Shown here piece by piece: positions 1 to 8,156 of a stretch of DNA of 64,000 bases; position 1 is the stretch's first letter, and each line of letters begins with the position of its first letter. The position numbers and the translations under genes are program-made. The notes below the pieces were generated by a model. It saw nothing but the letters and a program-made list of their open reading frames with translations. It was not told the origin of the DNA and ran no database searches. The stretch is from a virus. The DNA is taken from positions 32,001 through 96,000 of the IMG/VR virus record IMGVR_UViG_3300025652_009361; one strand, written 5' to 3'.

Positions 1-2
1 TC

Positions 3-527
3 CGCAACCCTAGAATTAAAAAAACTATATCTTTTTTTGCTGATAAAGCTTCTTGGATTAATCAGCTCAAGGGTGAGATTGTCAACGCCAAGAAGAAAGC
101 TTCAAAAAACAAAGCTGAATTTGTTGTGCGGCTGAACGGAACAAGTGACATTCCATGGGAGAATGAAAACATCTTCCAAACCGAAAAAGAAACTCAATTT
201 TATGATTACACAAAAAACCCTAAAAGAATGATTAACTTTCTTGATGGTAAAATGCCGACAAACTATCATCTAACTTTTTCTAAGTCAGAAAAAAATGATG
301 CTGTTTGTGATATTGTTTTACGTAAAGGTGGCAATGTTGCAATGGTGTTCAAAGACTATAAGAAAGTTGTAACAGATGGGCGTTATGATTTTAAAGGTCG
401 TAGTTATAAAGTCGTTGATGGAGACAAAAACGATTTACGTTTTAAGGATCCTAAAAATTGTATTGTCGCTCTGAAAGCGAAAGGCAAAGCCCTGAAGGAT
501 ACGAGCGGGTTTGTTGTTCTAAATTAA
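3..527 (+). CDS. Phage gp88-like conserved protein (5' end outside window)
   Basis: Frame is open from position 3. Motifs RLNGTSDIPWE, QFYDYTK, NYHLTFS, DGDxxDLRF, LKAKG are typical of this phage family. Confidence 0.65.
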   Translation, partial: RNPRIKKTISFFADKASWINQLKGEIVNAKKKASKNKAEFVVRLNGTSDIPWENENIFQTEKETQFYDYTKNPKRMINFLDGKMPTNYHLTFSKSEKNDAVCDIVLRKGGNVAMVFKDYKKVVTDGRYDFKGRSYKVVDGDKNDLRFKDPKNCIVALKAKGKALKDTSGFVVLN

Positions 528-579
528 ACCTTGACTTCATGAGTCAATGGATGTAAAACTATTTCAACCAATCATCAAT

Positions 580-690
580 ATGATTGAGTATAGGATTTGC
601 TCTCAAGGTGAGGGCGAAATTGACAAAATGCTAACCGTTGCTAGTTGGGTGGTTCTCATAGTGATTTTGGCTATGTGTAACCAAGACTAA
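580..690 (+). CDS. Small hypothetical membrane peptide (36 aa)
   Basis: ATG..TAA read by eye, hydrophobic C-terminal half, TTGACT-N17-TAAAAC upstream at 531. Confidence 0.35.
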   Translation: MIEYRICSQGEGEIDKMLTVASWVVLIVILAMCNQD

Positions 691-767
691 AAAAAATGAA
701 AAAATGATTGACATGTTTGCTGAATGGTGGTAGCTCTCTAAAGCATATCGAGTCGTGTGATAATTCA

Positions 768-797
768 CCTCCTCTGAAAAGAGGGGGTCTTTTTTTG
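768..797 (+). terminator. Rho-independent terminator
   Basis: ACCTCCTCT-gaaa-AGAGGGGGT hairpin followed by T-run. Confidence 0.65.
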
Positions 798-881
798 CTT
801 TAGGCGAGAGCAGAGTCACCACGATTAGTACCAAAAAACCTAAATCAAGTCAATAAAAAAAGAACTAAATAACTTTACTCC

Positions 882-956
882 TAAGTCCTTGATAATCAGG
901 GACTTATAAAAGTCGCTCCCCGCCGCCGCTGTAAGTACTTGATAATCAACAACTTA
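882..956. repeat. Pair of 25-bp imperfect palindromes (TAAGTnnTTGATAATCAnnnACTTA), 50-bp period
   Basis: 882-906 TAAGTCCTTGATAATCAGGGACTTA and 932-956 TAAGTACTTGATAATCAACAACTTA, with a GC-rich spacer. Confidence 0.85.
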
Positions 957-965
957 CACATGAAC

Positions 966-994
966 CTTCTAGCAGAAAACACATTTCTTGTCAA
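966..994 (-). promoter_or_regulatory. Sigma70-like promoter pointing into the palindrome pair
   Basis: TTGACA-N17-TAGAAG with TGn extension on - strand. Confidence 0.35.
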
Positions 995-1113
995 CACTTA
1001 TTATCAAAAAAAAATAATGAAAATAAATGAAAAAAAGTATTGTGCGGCTTTTAAAATATGGTATTCTTTTACTTGTAAACAGTAAATATTAACCCTAATA
1101 AAAAAAATACATT

Positions 1114-2172
1114 ATGCCTAAAACTACAAGCAAAAATCAAGACCACTACATCTCCACCACTACTGGCTGGGTAAACCAAGAAGATACCGTAGATGAAATC
1201 ACTTTCGATAAAGCCTTTCCATATGATTTTGAACGTCATCCAATTAACTATGGAGATGAGCATCTGCAAATTAATGGCACAAAATATTATGTGCTAGAAT
1301 GTTCTGACAATGGACAAACAGTAGGCAAACCAATTCCTGAAACTTACCAGCATTTGACTAATGAGAGATTTTGGGAAATCATCCAAAATTCTGTTGGAGG
1401 AACTGACGCTGTCATCGAAAACGCGGGAACTTTCAAAAATCGTGGCAGACGGTTTGTCACTGTGCAGCTAGGGACTGATATGGATAAATTCTATGTTGGT
1501 AATCGTGAATTCAAAAACAGGTTCTGTCTGTTGGATAGCATCGATATGTCATCATCTCTATATGGGGTAAATACTTCCACTTGCATCATCTGTCAAAACA
1601 GTTTCAGTGCTGCGATGTCAGACCGATCTGGCTTGTTCCGATTTAAAGTTCGCCACTCTAAAAATATGATCGTTGGAATCGAGAATATGGAGAAAGGTAT
1701 TGAGTCTTTCATTGGCGTTTCAAAGCAATTTAAACACGCTCTTGAGAAAGCAAATACCATCCCTGTGAAACATGCAGAAGCCAATCAGCTTTTTACAGGT
1801 TGGATAGCAAAAGATAATGCTAAAGATAAAGTTCTATCCACTCGTTCAAAAAATATAGTGAATAGACTAGGCGAGCTTTTTGTTTCTGGCAAAGGTAATG
1901 AGGGTCAAACCCTACTTGACGCTTTCTCTGCTGTTACTGATTTTTACAGCCATGAATCTTCTGGAGGCATGGACAAAGATGGATTCCGAACCAAGCAAAA
2001 CGAGTCAAGTCAGTTTGGGACAGGCAACAGAGTCAAACAAAATTTTTACAATGAATTGTTTTCTTCTCCTCATGCAACCAGTCGTATGCCTGACTTCAAA
2101 AAAGAAAGTTTTGACTCTTTAAAAGAGCGAGGACGCGAGGTAATGGCTCAAGAATCTGTAGTCATGAATTAA
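1114..2172 (+). CDS. DUF932 / TIGR03299-like phage-plasmid protein
   Basis: ENAGTFKNRGRRF, CIICQN, VRHSKN, TLLDAFSAVTDFYSH and FGTG motifs. Confidence 0.7.
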   Translation: MPKTTSKNQDHYISTTTGWVNQEDTVDEITFDKAFPYDFERHPINYGDEHLQINGTKYYVLECSDNGQTVGKPIPETYQHLTNERFWEIIQNSVGGTDAVIENAGTFKNRGRRFVTVQLGTDMDKFYVGNREFKNRFCLLDSIDMSSSLYGVNTSTCIICQNSFSAAMSDRSGLFRFKVRHSKNMIVGIENMEKGIESFIGVSKQFKHALEKANTIPVKHAEANQLFTGWIAKDNAKDKVLSTRSKNIVNRLGELFVSGKGNEGQTLLDAFSAVTDFYSHESSGGMDKDGFRTKQNESSQFGTGNRVKQNFYNELFSSPHATSRMPDFKKESFDSLKERGREVMAQESVVMN

Positions 2173-2198
2173 CTCAGTAAGTCAAGCTCAAAATCAAA

Positions 2199-2226
2199 AA
2201 AAGTCTCCGAAAGGAGGCTTTTTTTT
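2199..2226 (+). terminator. Rho-independent terminator
   Basis: AAAGTCTCC-gaaa-GGAGGCTTT followed by T-run. Confidence 0.75.
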
Positions 2227-2235
2227 ATGCATAGG

Positions 2236-2252
2236 TTGGCACAGCACATGCT
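2236..2252 (+). promoter_or_regulatory. Sigma54-like -24/-12 element
   Basis: TTGGCACAGCACATGCT: GG-N10-GC spacing, close to the TGGCACR-N4-TTGCW consensus. Confidence 0.4.
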
Positions 2253-2265
2253 CTAAGAATATCTA

Positions 2266-2386
2266 TAAGTCGTTGCGCAGCAAGGACTTAGGGCGAAGAG
2301 GGGGCCGAACTTTTGTAAGTCTTTCATTACCAACAACTTGCGCAAGAAATTTTCAATTCTGTAAGTCTTTCATTATCAACACTTTA
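2266..2386. repeat. Three further copies of the 25-bp palindrome family
   Basis: 2266-2290 TAAGTCGTTGCGCAGCAAGGACTTA, 2316-2340 TAAGTCTTTCATTACCAACAACTTG, 2362-2386 TAAGTCTTTCATTATCAACACTTTA. Confidence 0.8.
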
Positions 2387-2671
2387 TGTTTTTTATTTTT
2401 TGTCTATATATGTATATATATCATTTATATGTTTATTTAGCCTTATATATTTGGCGTTCTATATTTAGCGTTATATATTTGGCTATTGTTATTAAGCGTT
2501 TATTTGTTCATTATTTGGTTTTATTTGATTTACAATCAAACAGTATTTGTATATTATTTGTTAGATATTAGATAGATATTTATTACTTATTTGGCTGCGC
2601 TTTATTTATAATCAAACAAAAAAACCCACAGGTTGCCCTGTGAGTTGTGTGTCTTATCGTTGTTATTTACT

Positions 2672-2905
2672 TTATTGCTTGGCGCGAGGCCTACGATACT
2701 GAGCTTTCCCAGAACGCGCAAACACGATTCGATCTGTGTCAACGCGGCGGTTCATCTTGCTATTGACATCGAAGAATGACACCATCTTCTCAGTCGCTGA
2801 CTTGATGCGAGCGCAATAGGTATGTTGTCCCTTTGCGCGATTTACTACTAAGGTCGTAAAACGACCACCTGTCTTATTCAATGTATTAACTAACTTATTT
2901 GCCAT
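2672..2905 (-). CDS. Hypothetical basic phage protein
   Basis: 77-aa ORF with TTGACA promoter upstream (~2936-2941) and hairpin terminator at ~2620-2646. Confidence 0.7.
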   Translation of the reverse strand: MANKLVNTLNKTGGRFTTLVVNRAKGQHTYCARIKSATEKMVSFFDVNSKMNRRVDTDRIVFARSGKAQYRRPRAKQ

Positions 2906-2970
2906 ACAAGAACAATTTAATATATTATTGCGTATTTGTCAAGTATTATTACGCATTTATTTGTTCATTA

Positions 2971-3381
2971 TTAATTAATTCTGCCTTCGGCTTCGGCCTC
3001 TTTATCGTTGACAAACATATCAGGATCTTCTAATAGACCTACTATATCTGCTTGCCAATAAGATTCTATTGTTTTTTTGCCTCCTATATATGCATTAATA
3101 GCAGTTAATATAATATTTGCTTCACCTGAAATAGGATTTCTGATATCATCGTAATGAGGAAGAATGATTAAGCTTTTACCATCTTCGCTGGTTCCAGTCC
3201 ATGGGCCGCTGCAATTAGTAAGCGCCCACTTTTTAATTATTACATCTCCACCATCTTTATGTTTTATTTTTATTTCATTTTGTTGATATGTTGCTACTGC
3301 TATCCAACTAAAGTCTTCACTAATCCATTGTGCTGTTATACCATTCTTATGTTTTAATAATATCTGTTGCTTATATGCCAT
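2971..3381 (-). CDS. Hypothetical protein
   Basis: 136-aa ORF on the dominant coding strand. Confidence 0.6.
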   Translation of the reverse strand: MAYKQQILLKHKNGITAQWISEDFSWIAVATYQQNEIKIKHKDGGDVIIKKWALTNCSGPWTGTSEDGKSLIILPHYDDIRNPISGEANIILTAINAYIGGKKTIESYWQADIVGLLEDPDMFVNDKEAEAEGRIN

Positions 3382-3518
3382 ATATATATCTTTACCCTAA
3401 AAACATATAAATAGACTAAAATATTTAATAATTAACTAAAATGCGCTAAAACATTAAAAAATCATTTAAAAACATGTATTATATTAAGCTATTATTTATT
3501 CATTATTAGTATGATGGT

Positions 3519-4445
3519 CTAGTTAAATTTCTTATCAATTACTTTAACTCCATGGTAAGTAATTTTTCTTAAGCCTTCAATTGTAATAAACCCTTTGCGA
3601 AGAAGAAACATTTCATGATCTCTCTGGATACTGCTTCTAGATAAACCAGTCTTAGCTGCAAGAGAAGCTAATGAGCAGGATCCATGCTTCTTGAGAATAT
3701 TTAATATCTGCCACTCAATGCGATTTAATCCTTCAGGTAAAATGCCAAGAATAGTAAATAATTGCATAGCATCATTTTTGCTGACATGTTCAATCCTGTA
3801 AGTTTTGCAATAGTTTCTAATGTCTTGCGCCATGAGTATGCAAGATCTAGCGTTACCTCTAGAGGTTTCTGCTATTACTTGAAGAGCGTCTTCGCAAAAT
3901 GTATATTCTGAGAGATATGATTTAATAATGCCTTTAAGGTCATCAACACTATAATCAGAAAATTCAACAACAGTTAATCTATCTTTAAGTGGAGGAAACA
4001 GATCATGACTTTCAGTAGTTGCGAATAAAAAATGATGCTTGCTGAAATCAAACTCATAAGTTTCATCTCCAGCCGTATAGCTTCTTTGGGGACTCTTCTC
4101 TGTATTTAGTATAGTAAGTAAAGTATAGACTAAACTGTCAGGCAAAGCATGACACTCATCAAATAAAACTGTTACTTCTTTGTCTTGAATGTGTGGGACG
4201 AAGACTTGCTCAAGAAATTGAGTTACTGATTTAATGGTGGAGCTATTAATTTCAATAAACTTTTTCTCCATTCCATTTTTATTTTTTAAGTTGTTAGCAA
4301 ACTCTCTTGCGTAAGCTGTTTTACCCAGACCTCTGGCACCAATGAAATTAAGAAAAGGCACAACGCCTGTTTTCTTATGTACATCAATATAGAAGTTGAG
4401 TTTACTTTTAATTTGTTTTTGTCCAACTAGTTTTTCAAATGGCAT
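3519..4445 (-). CDS. ruvB: RuvB-like Holliday junction branch-migration AAA+ ATPase
   Basis: VGQ N-terminus, Walker A GARGLGKT, Walker B LFDECH, ATT, PLKDR, RGNAR, C-terminal winged helix. Confidence 0.8.
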   Translation of the reverse strand: MPFEKLVGQKQIKSKLNFYIDVHKKTGVVPFLNFIGARGLGKTAYAREFANNLKNKNGMEKKFIEINSSTIKSVTQFLEQVFVPHIQDKEVTVLFDECHALPDSLVYTLLTILNTEKSPQRSYTAGDETYEFDFSKHHFLFATTESHDLFPPLKDRLTVVEFSDYSVDDLKGIIKSYLSEYTFCEDALQVIAETSRGNARSCILMAQDIRNYCKTYRIEHVSKNDAMQLFTILGILPEGLNRIEWQILNILKKHGSCSLASLAAKTGLSRSSIQRDHEMFLLRKGFITIEGLRKITYHGVKVIDKKFN

Positions 4446-4532
4446 AATATTTATTCCTTACAATGATCAATTTAATATTTATTCAATAAGAAGTCAAGAA
4501 AAAACTGGGGGAGATTGCTCCCCCCCATTGAA

Positions 4533-4763
4533 TCAGCTGATTGTGAACTCAATCTTTGGTTCATCTTCAACTTGCTTCGTTGGTTCTAGCTCTGGTTCTG
4601 GCTTTAATCCAGCTGGCGTACGGTTAGTAAGCCAAACGCGACCAACTGGCACTGTGGCCTTCATGTCGCCATCCAACTCTTTTAATAGATCTTCAAGAGT
4701 CATATCAACAGTACTAGTAGCGCCTTTTGGTCTGCCCCTACCTCTTTTTTGCTTTTCTGTCAT
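4533..4763 (-). CDS. Small AT-hook DNA-binding protein
   Basis: KRGRGRPKG motif at the N-terminus. Confidence 0.65.
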   Translation of the reverse strand: MTEKQKRGRGRPKGATSTVDMTLEDLLKELDGDMKATVPVGRVWLTNRTPAGLKPEPELEPTKQVEDEPKIEFTIS

Positions 4764-4949
4764 ACACTGGTAATTTAAATCAAGAAAGGGTGGGTGTCAA
4801 TTATTTTTTATTCAGAAGTGAAAAAAAAAGACCCCTTCAAAAAAACACTTGGAATTTTTTGATGCGCTGCGGGGTCTTACTGGATTTTACTTAGAGAAAA
4901 TAAACATCCAGCGTTGTTGCGCTAATATATATTACACACAAAATCAATT

Positions 4950-5243
4950 TTATTCAACATAATCTAATGTTTCATCTAGTCTTACTTTAGCTATTGCAAG
5001 ATTTATTTCAAACCATTCATTCCTCTTATTTAGGGCAAAGTACTTCATTATTTCATGTATTTGTTTTTCGGCGGCGCGGCAATCTGGATGATGTATATAA
5101 TATTCTATTTTATAATCTCTATATGGAGATGATGTTTGATATGTGCGCAATCTTTCTTTAATGTCTTTTGTAATACCTATTTTGTAATAACCCTTAAAAG
5201 CTTTATTACTTATTATGTATATATATCCTTCTTTGGTTTTAAT
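4950..5243 (-). CDS. T5orf172 / GIY-YIG-like domain protein (start codon uncertain)
   Basis: Frame extends upstream of the listed ORF: GYIYIISNKAFKGYYKIGITKDIKERLRTYQTSSP...AEKQIH...NEWF. Confidence 0.7.
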   Translation of the reverse strand: MKTKEGYIYIISNKAFKGYYKIGITKDIKERLRTYQTSSPYRDYKIEYYIHHPDCRAAEKQIHEIMKYFALNKRNEWFEINLAIAKVRLDETLDYVE

Positions 5244-5263
5244 AATATTTATTAATGGGGCGG

Positions 5264-5590
5264 CTAATTAAGTTTATTATTATTATTATCTTCTTCCTCT
5301 TCTTTTTCAATTTCACGCATTGTATCTTTAGCTATTCTTTCTATTATTTCATCTTTTATATTAGTAATGTCATTTTGCTTTATCATTGCAAACACCATCC
5401 CTTCATAAAACATAAAATACATATTCAAACAAGAACAAAACACAAACAAATAAAAATTCATATTGTTTAGCTTTATTTCATTATGTAGTAACAACATTAC
5501 AAACAAACATACAGAATAAAACAAACCATATTTATGTATTATTGTCATTATTTTAGAATTCATATTATTAATTATCTTTTGCGGCTTCAT
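5264..5590 (-). CDS. Hypothetical membrane protein
   Basis: Two hydrophobic segments and an acidic tail. Confidence 0.55.
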   Translation of the reverse strand: MKPQKIINNMNSKIMTIIHKYGLFYSVCLFVMLLLHNEIKLNNMNFYLFVFCSCLNMYFMFYEGMVFAMIKQNDITNIKDEIIERIAKDTMREIEKEEEEDNNNNKLN

Positions 5591-5757
5591 TTGAATAAAT
5601 AATAGAAGCAGTCATACCTTAAAATTTTCTATCTTTTTTATTTATTACTATCTTGTTATTATCTTTATATGTTATATGTATATGACTGTCTTATTTGTCT
5701 ATATATTTATTTGTATCTAAAATAGCATATTTATTAGGAAAAATGGGTTATTTGGGG

Positions 5758-5856
5758 TTAACGCAGTATAATTAAACACACTGTGTAAACAAGGCCTATA
5801 AAGGTCGAGGCCAACAGAAAGCCATATAAAATATCTAAGAAATCACGATTCATCAT
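5758..5856 (-). CDS. Small single-TM peptide
   Basis: MMNRDFLDILYGFLLASTFIGLVYTVCLIILR read by eye. Confidence 0.4.
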   Translation of the reverse strand: MMNRDFLDILYGFLLASTFIGLVYTVCLIILR

Positions 5857-5972
5857 AGAAAACAATATCTAACAAAATGACATTAATAATTAATACACTA
5901 ATAACATTATTTATTATTTGTTCAAGTAAAATTCTTATTGCTTCATACTTTAGCGGCCATTCAATGTAAATT

Positions 5973-6353
5973 TTACAATTCTAATACATTATCTACTATA
6001 GTTTCTATTTGCTTTAACATAGCTGGGCTTTGTATATAATATACATACGAGTAATTACCTAAACTTGCTATATCTGATATTTGGCTTGTATATAAACAGA
6101 TGCAATATATGATGTCTTCAAACACTCCAGCATCATAATCGAAAGCTTGAAAAATTTTCAAGAACTTTTGTTTGTTAGCGGCGTTCTCTTTCTCAAATTC
6201 ATCTGCCCAATTTAGAAATATTTTTTTAGCGTTAGGTTCGTAGAACTTTTCATATAAGATAACCTTAAGATCTTCATAAGGCATCTTTAAATCTTTACTT
6301 GCTTGAAAAGCAAATATATGATTAGTTTTTGCCATTCTTTTTGAAAGTGACAA
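5973..6353 (-). CDS. Hypothetical protein
   Basis: 126-aa ORF in a - strand gene run. Confidence 0.6.
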   Translation of the reverse strand: MSLSKRMAKTNHIFAFQASKDLKMPYEDLKVILYEKFYEPNAKKIFLNWADEFEKENAANKQKFLKIFQAFDYDAGVFEDIIYCICLYTSQISDIASLGNYSYVYYIQSPAMLKQIETIVDNVLEL

Positions 6354-6504
6354 ATGGTATTATTACATAACTATGATGTGGTTTATAATATTCAGCATAT
6401 TTATTTGCTTCTTTATATGTTCTAAACTTAGCGTCTATGTGTTGATCAACGCAAGCATAGTTTATTTCTGTAGTATTTAATACAATTGATAATATTAATG
6501 TCAT
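6322..6504 (-). CDS. Hypothetical protein
   Basis: ATGA overlap with upstream gene. Confidence 0.45.
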   Translation of the reverse strand: MTLILSIVLNTTEINYACVDQHIDAKFRTYKEANKYAEYYKPHHSYVIIPFVTFKKNGKN

Positions 6505-6767
6505 ATCCTGTTATAAACCTTCACAAACCGAGGCGTGTACTCGCCTACGTAAGCGTTTAAGGTATTGAACTCAAAAAACTCTTCTGCCTCCTTAAAAGTC
6601 ATGCTAGAGGTCTCTACAAGGATTTCTATGCATTTATCAGCGTCATATACAGCCACATAATTAACTTGATCAATTCCAATGAGAGCATCATCAAAACCAT
6701 CAGCAAATAATGCTTGCTCGTTGATATAAGAAAGTTCTTCTTTTATTGCTTCTGGCCAAGTGCTCAT
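6501..6767 (-). CDS. Conserved hypothetical phage protein
   Basis: ADGFDDALIG, AVYD, EAEEFFEFN and AYVGExTP motifs, common in aquatic phages. Confidence 0.7.
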   Translation of the reverse strand: MSTWPEAIKEELSYINEQALFADGFDDALIGIDQVNYVAVYDADKCIEILVETSSMTFKEAEEFFEFNTLNAYVGEYTPRFVKVYNRI

Positions 6768-6821
6768 AGAATATTTATTTGATGACTATATCTTTTTTCA
6801 TTATGGATTAAAATACATTGA

Positions 6822-7262
6822 TTAAGCTGGTTTATGTTTACGCAGATATTCTATAGCACTCTCCAAGAGTTCTGTGTCATCTTTGAATGAACCTATGTTT
6901 CTATTGCAAGAATGGCAAAGCCAATCTCTAAATTGGTTTGTCTTGTGATCGTGATCGACGACCCAAGCTCCGTTTCTTCTGTTGCCTTCACCTTGACACT
7001 CTTTTGCGCTTCTTTTGCAAATCGGGCACTTATGATCTTCTGGAGCATTTCCATGTTCGCGCCTGATCTCATGCCTATCTTTGCTGAGACGGTTGTTACA
7101 TCTCTTGCACTCTGTCCTACGATACTTTCCTCCCCCACTAAAGCTATAAGCTGAGAGAGGCAAGGTTTCACCGCACTTCTTGCAAACTTTGGTGTCGCAA
7201 TTAGGCTCTAGAGATACATGTTCTGGAAACAAGTCTAGCTGGTCATCTTCGTTAATCAACAT
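6822..7262 (-). CDS. Endonuclease VII-like (His-Me finger) protein
   Basis: CxxC pairs, VDHDH, RDWLCHSCNRNIG. Confidence 0.8.
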   Translation of the reverse strand: MLINEDDQLDLFPEHVSLEPNCDTKVCKKCGETLPLSAYSFSGGGKYRRTECKRCNNRLSKDRHEIRREHGNAPEDHKCPICKRSAKECQGEGNRRNGAWVVDHDHKTNQFRDWLCHSCNRNIGSFKDDTELLESAIEYLRKHKPA

Positions 7263-7327
7263 AACAGAATTTAGGGTCAGCTTTTAGTTTGTTAAATTAA
7301 AGTTTGCCGTCAGAAAACATATCTACA

Positions 7328-7510
7328 TTAGGCATAGCTAGAAATAGAAGCTTTATAAATATAATCAAGCGTTTCTTTTACTTGATTTCTTCCCCATCGC
7401 GTTGTAATCACTGTAGCATCTTTTACGCGCTCTATTGAAACAACGGTATCTAAATTATAAAGGACTTCTTCTTCAGTTTGATAATCAGTTAATTTAATTA
7501 GGTGAGCCAT
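7328..7510 (-). CDS. Small FlbD-like hypothetical protein
   Basis: LIKLT...LYNLDTVVSIE...TVIT...VKET pattern. Confidence 0.45.
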   Translation of the reverse strand: MAHLIKLTDYQTEEEVLYNLDTVVSIERVKDATVITTRWGRNQVKETLDYIYKASISSYA

Positions 7511-7739
7511 CTATATCGTCTTTATTTAAGTTTTTGATGGAAAATTCATCTTTTCCTTCTATTGCTTTAGTAATTATTTCTATAACATAACTTCCTAAGC
7601 CTTTGTCTGTCAAATTTTTTCTACCGGTATTTTTAAGATACATTTGGTCAAATGCCTCATTAGTCTCAAAAGTAATTAAAGAAGAGCCGTCGGGGTTATC
7701 TGCTACATCGACAATTTTTATGCTAGGCATAGATTTCAT
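7494..7739 (-). CDS. Hypothetical protein (likely paralog of 12159-12347)
   Basis: Shared IxxVxxNxDGS/T...F...LT.K.L..I..AIE/AVE pattern. Confidence 0.55.
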   Translation of the reverse strand: MKSMPSIKIVDVADNPDGSSLITFETNEAFDQMYLKNTGRKNLTDKGLGSYVIEIITKAIEGKDEFSIKNLNKDDIDGSPN

Positions 7740-7853
7740 TATGAAAGTATGCCGTATTTCATTATTATTAAATAAAGAGTATATACCGCTAAAAAAGTAA
7801 GAATGATCTCACCTGTAATACGCCGAATAGTAAACCTGTCATCGTGTAACATA

Positions 7854-8069
7854 TTATTTTATATCTACCTTGCTAATCTTTTTGGTTTTAGCATGTTTCA
7901 ACAAATCGGCAAAATCAATCAGCTCGAATAGATCTTTTTCTTTTTTAGACAATTTGAAATAAAAATCTCCGCCGATAATATCGGGATAACTCATACTTCG
8001 CCGTTTAAGTTTGAATGTTAATGCGTTATTCGGCACAGTTAGTTCTACATTAAATTTAACTTTTTTCAT
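7854..8069 (-). CDS. Hypothetical protein
   Basis: 71-aa ORF in gene run. Confidence 0.5.
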   Translation of the reverse strand: MKKVKFNVELTVPNNALTFKLKRRSMSYPDIIGGDFYFKLSKKEKDLFELIDFADLLKHAKTKKISKVDIK

Positions 8070-8156
8070 TTTTTGCTAGTAGCTATAGTAATTAAAATTA
8101 AAGTTGCTACAAGAGGCATTAAATATTTGATTATTAATTCTTCTTGCATAATTTAT

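Noticed and set aside
708-797. Possible tiny transcript between TTGACA (708) and the terminator
   Set aside because: The -10 element (TAGCTC) is poor, and the terminator is explained by the upstream genes.
2386-2571. 61-aa F/Y/I/L-rich ORF
   Set aside because: Its composition is explained by the T-rich low-complexity tract.
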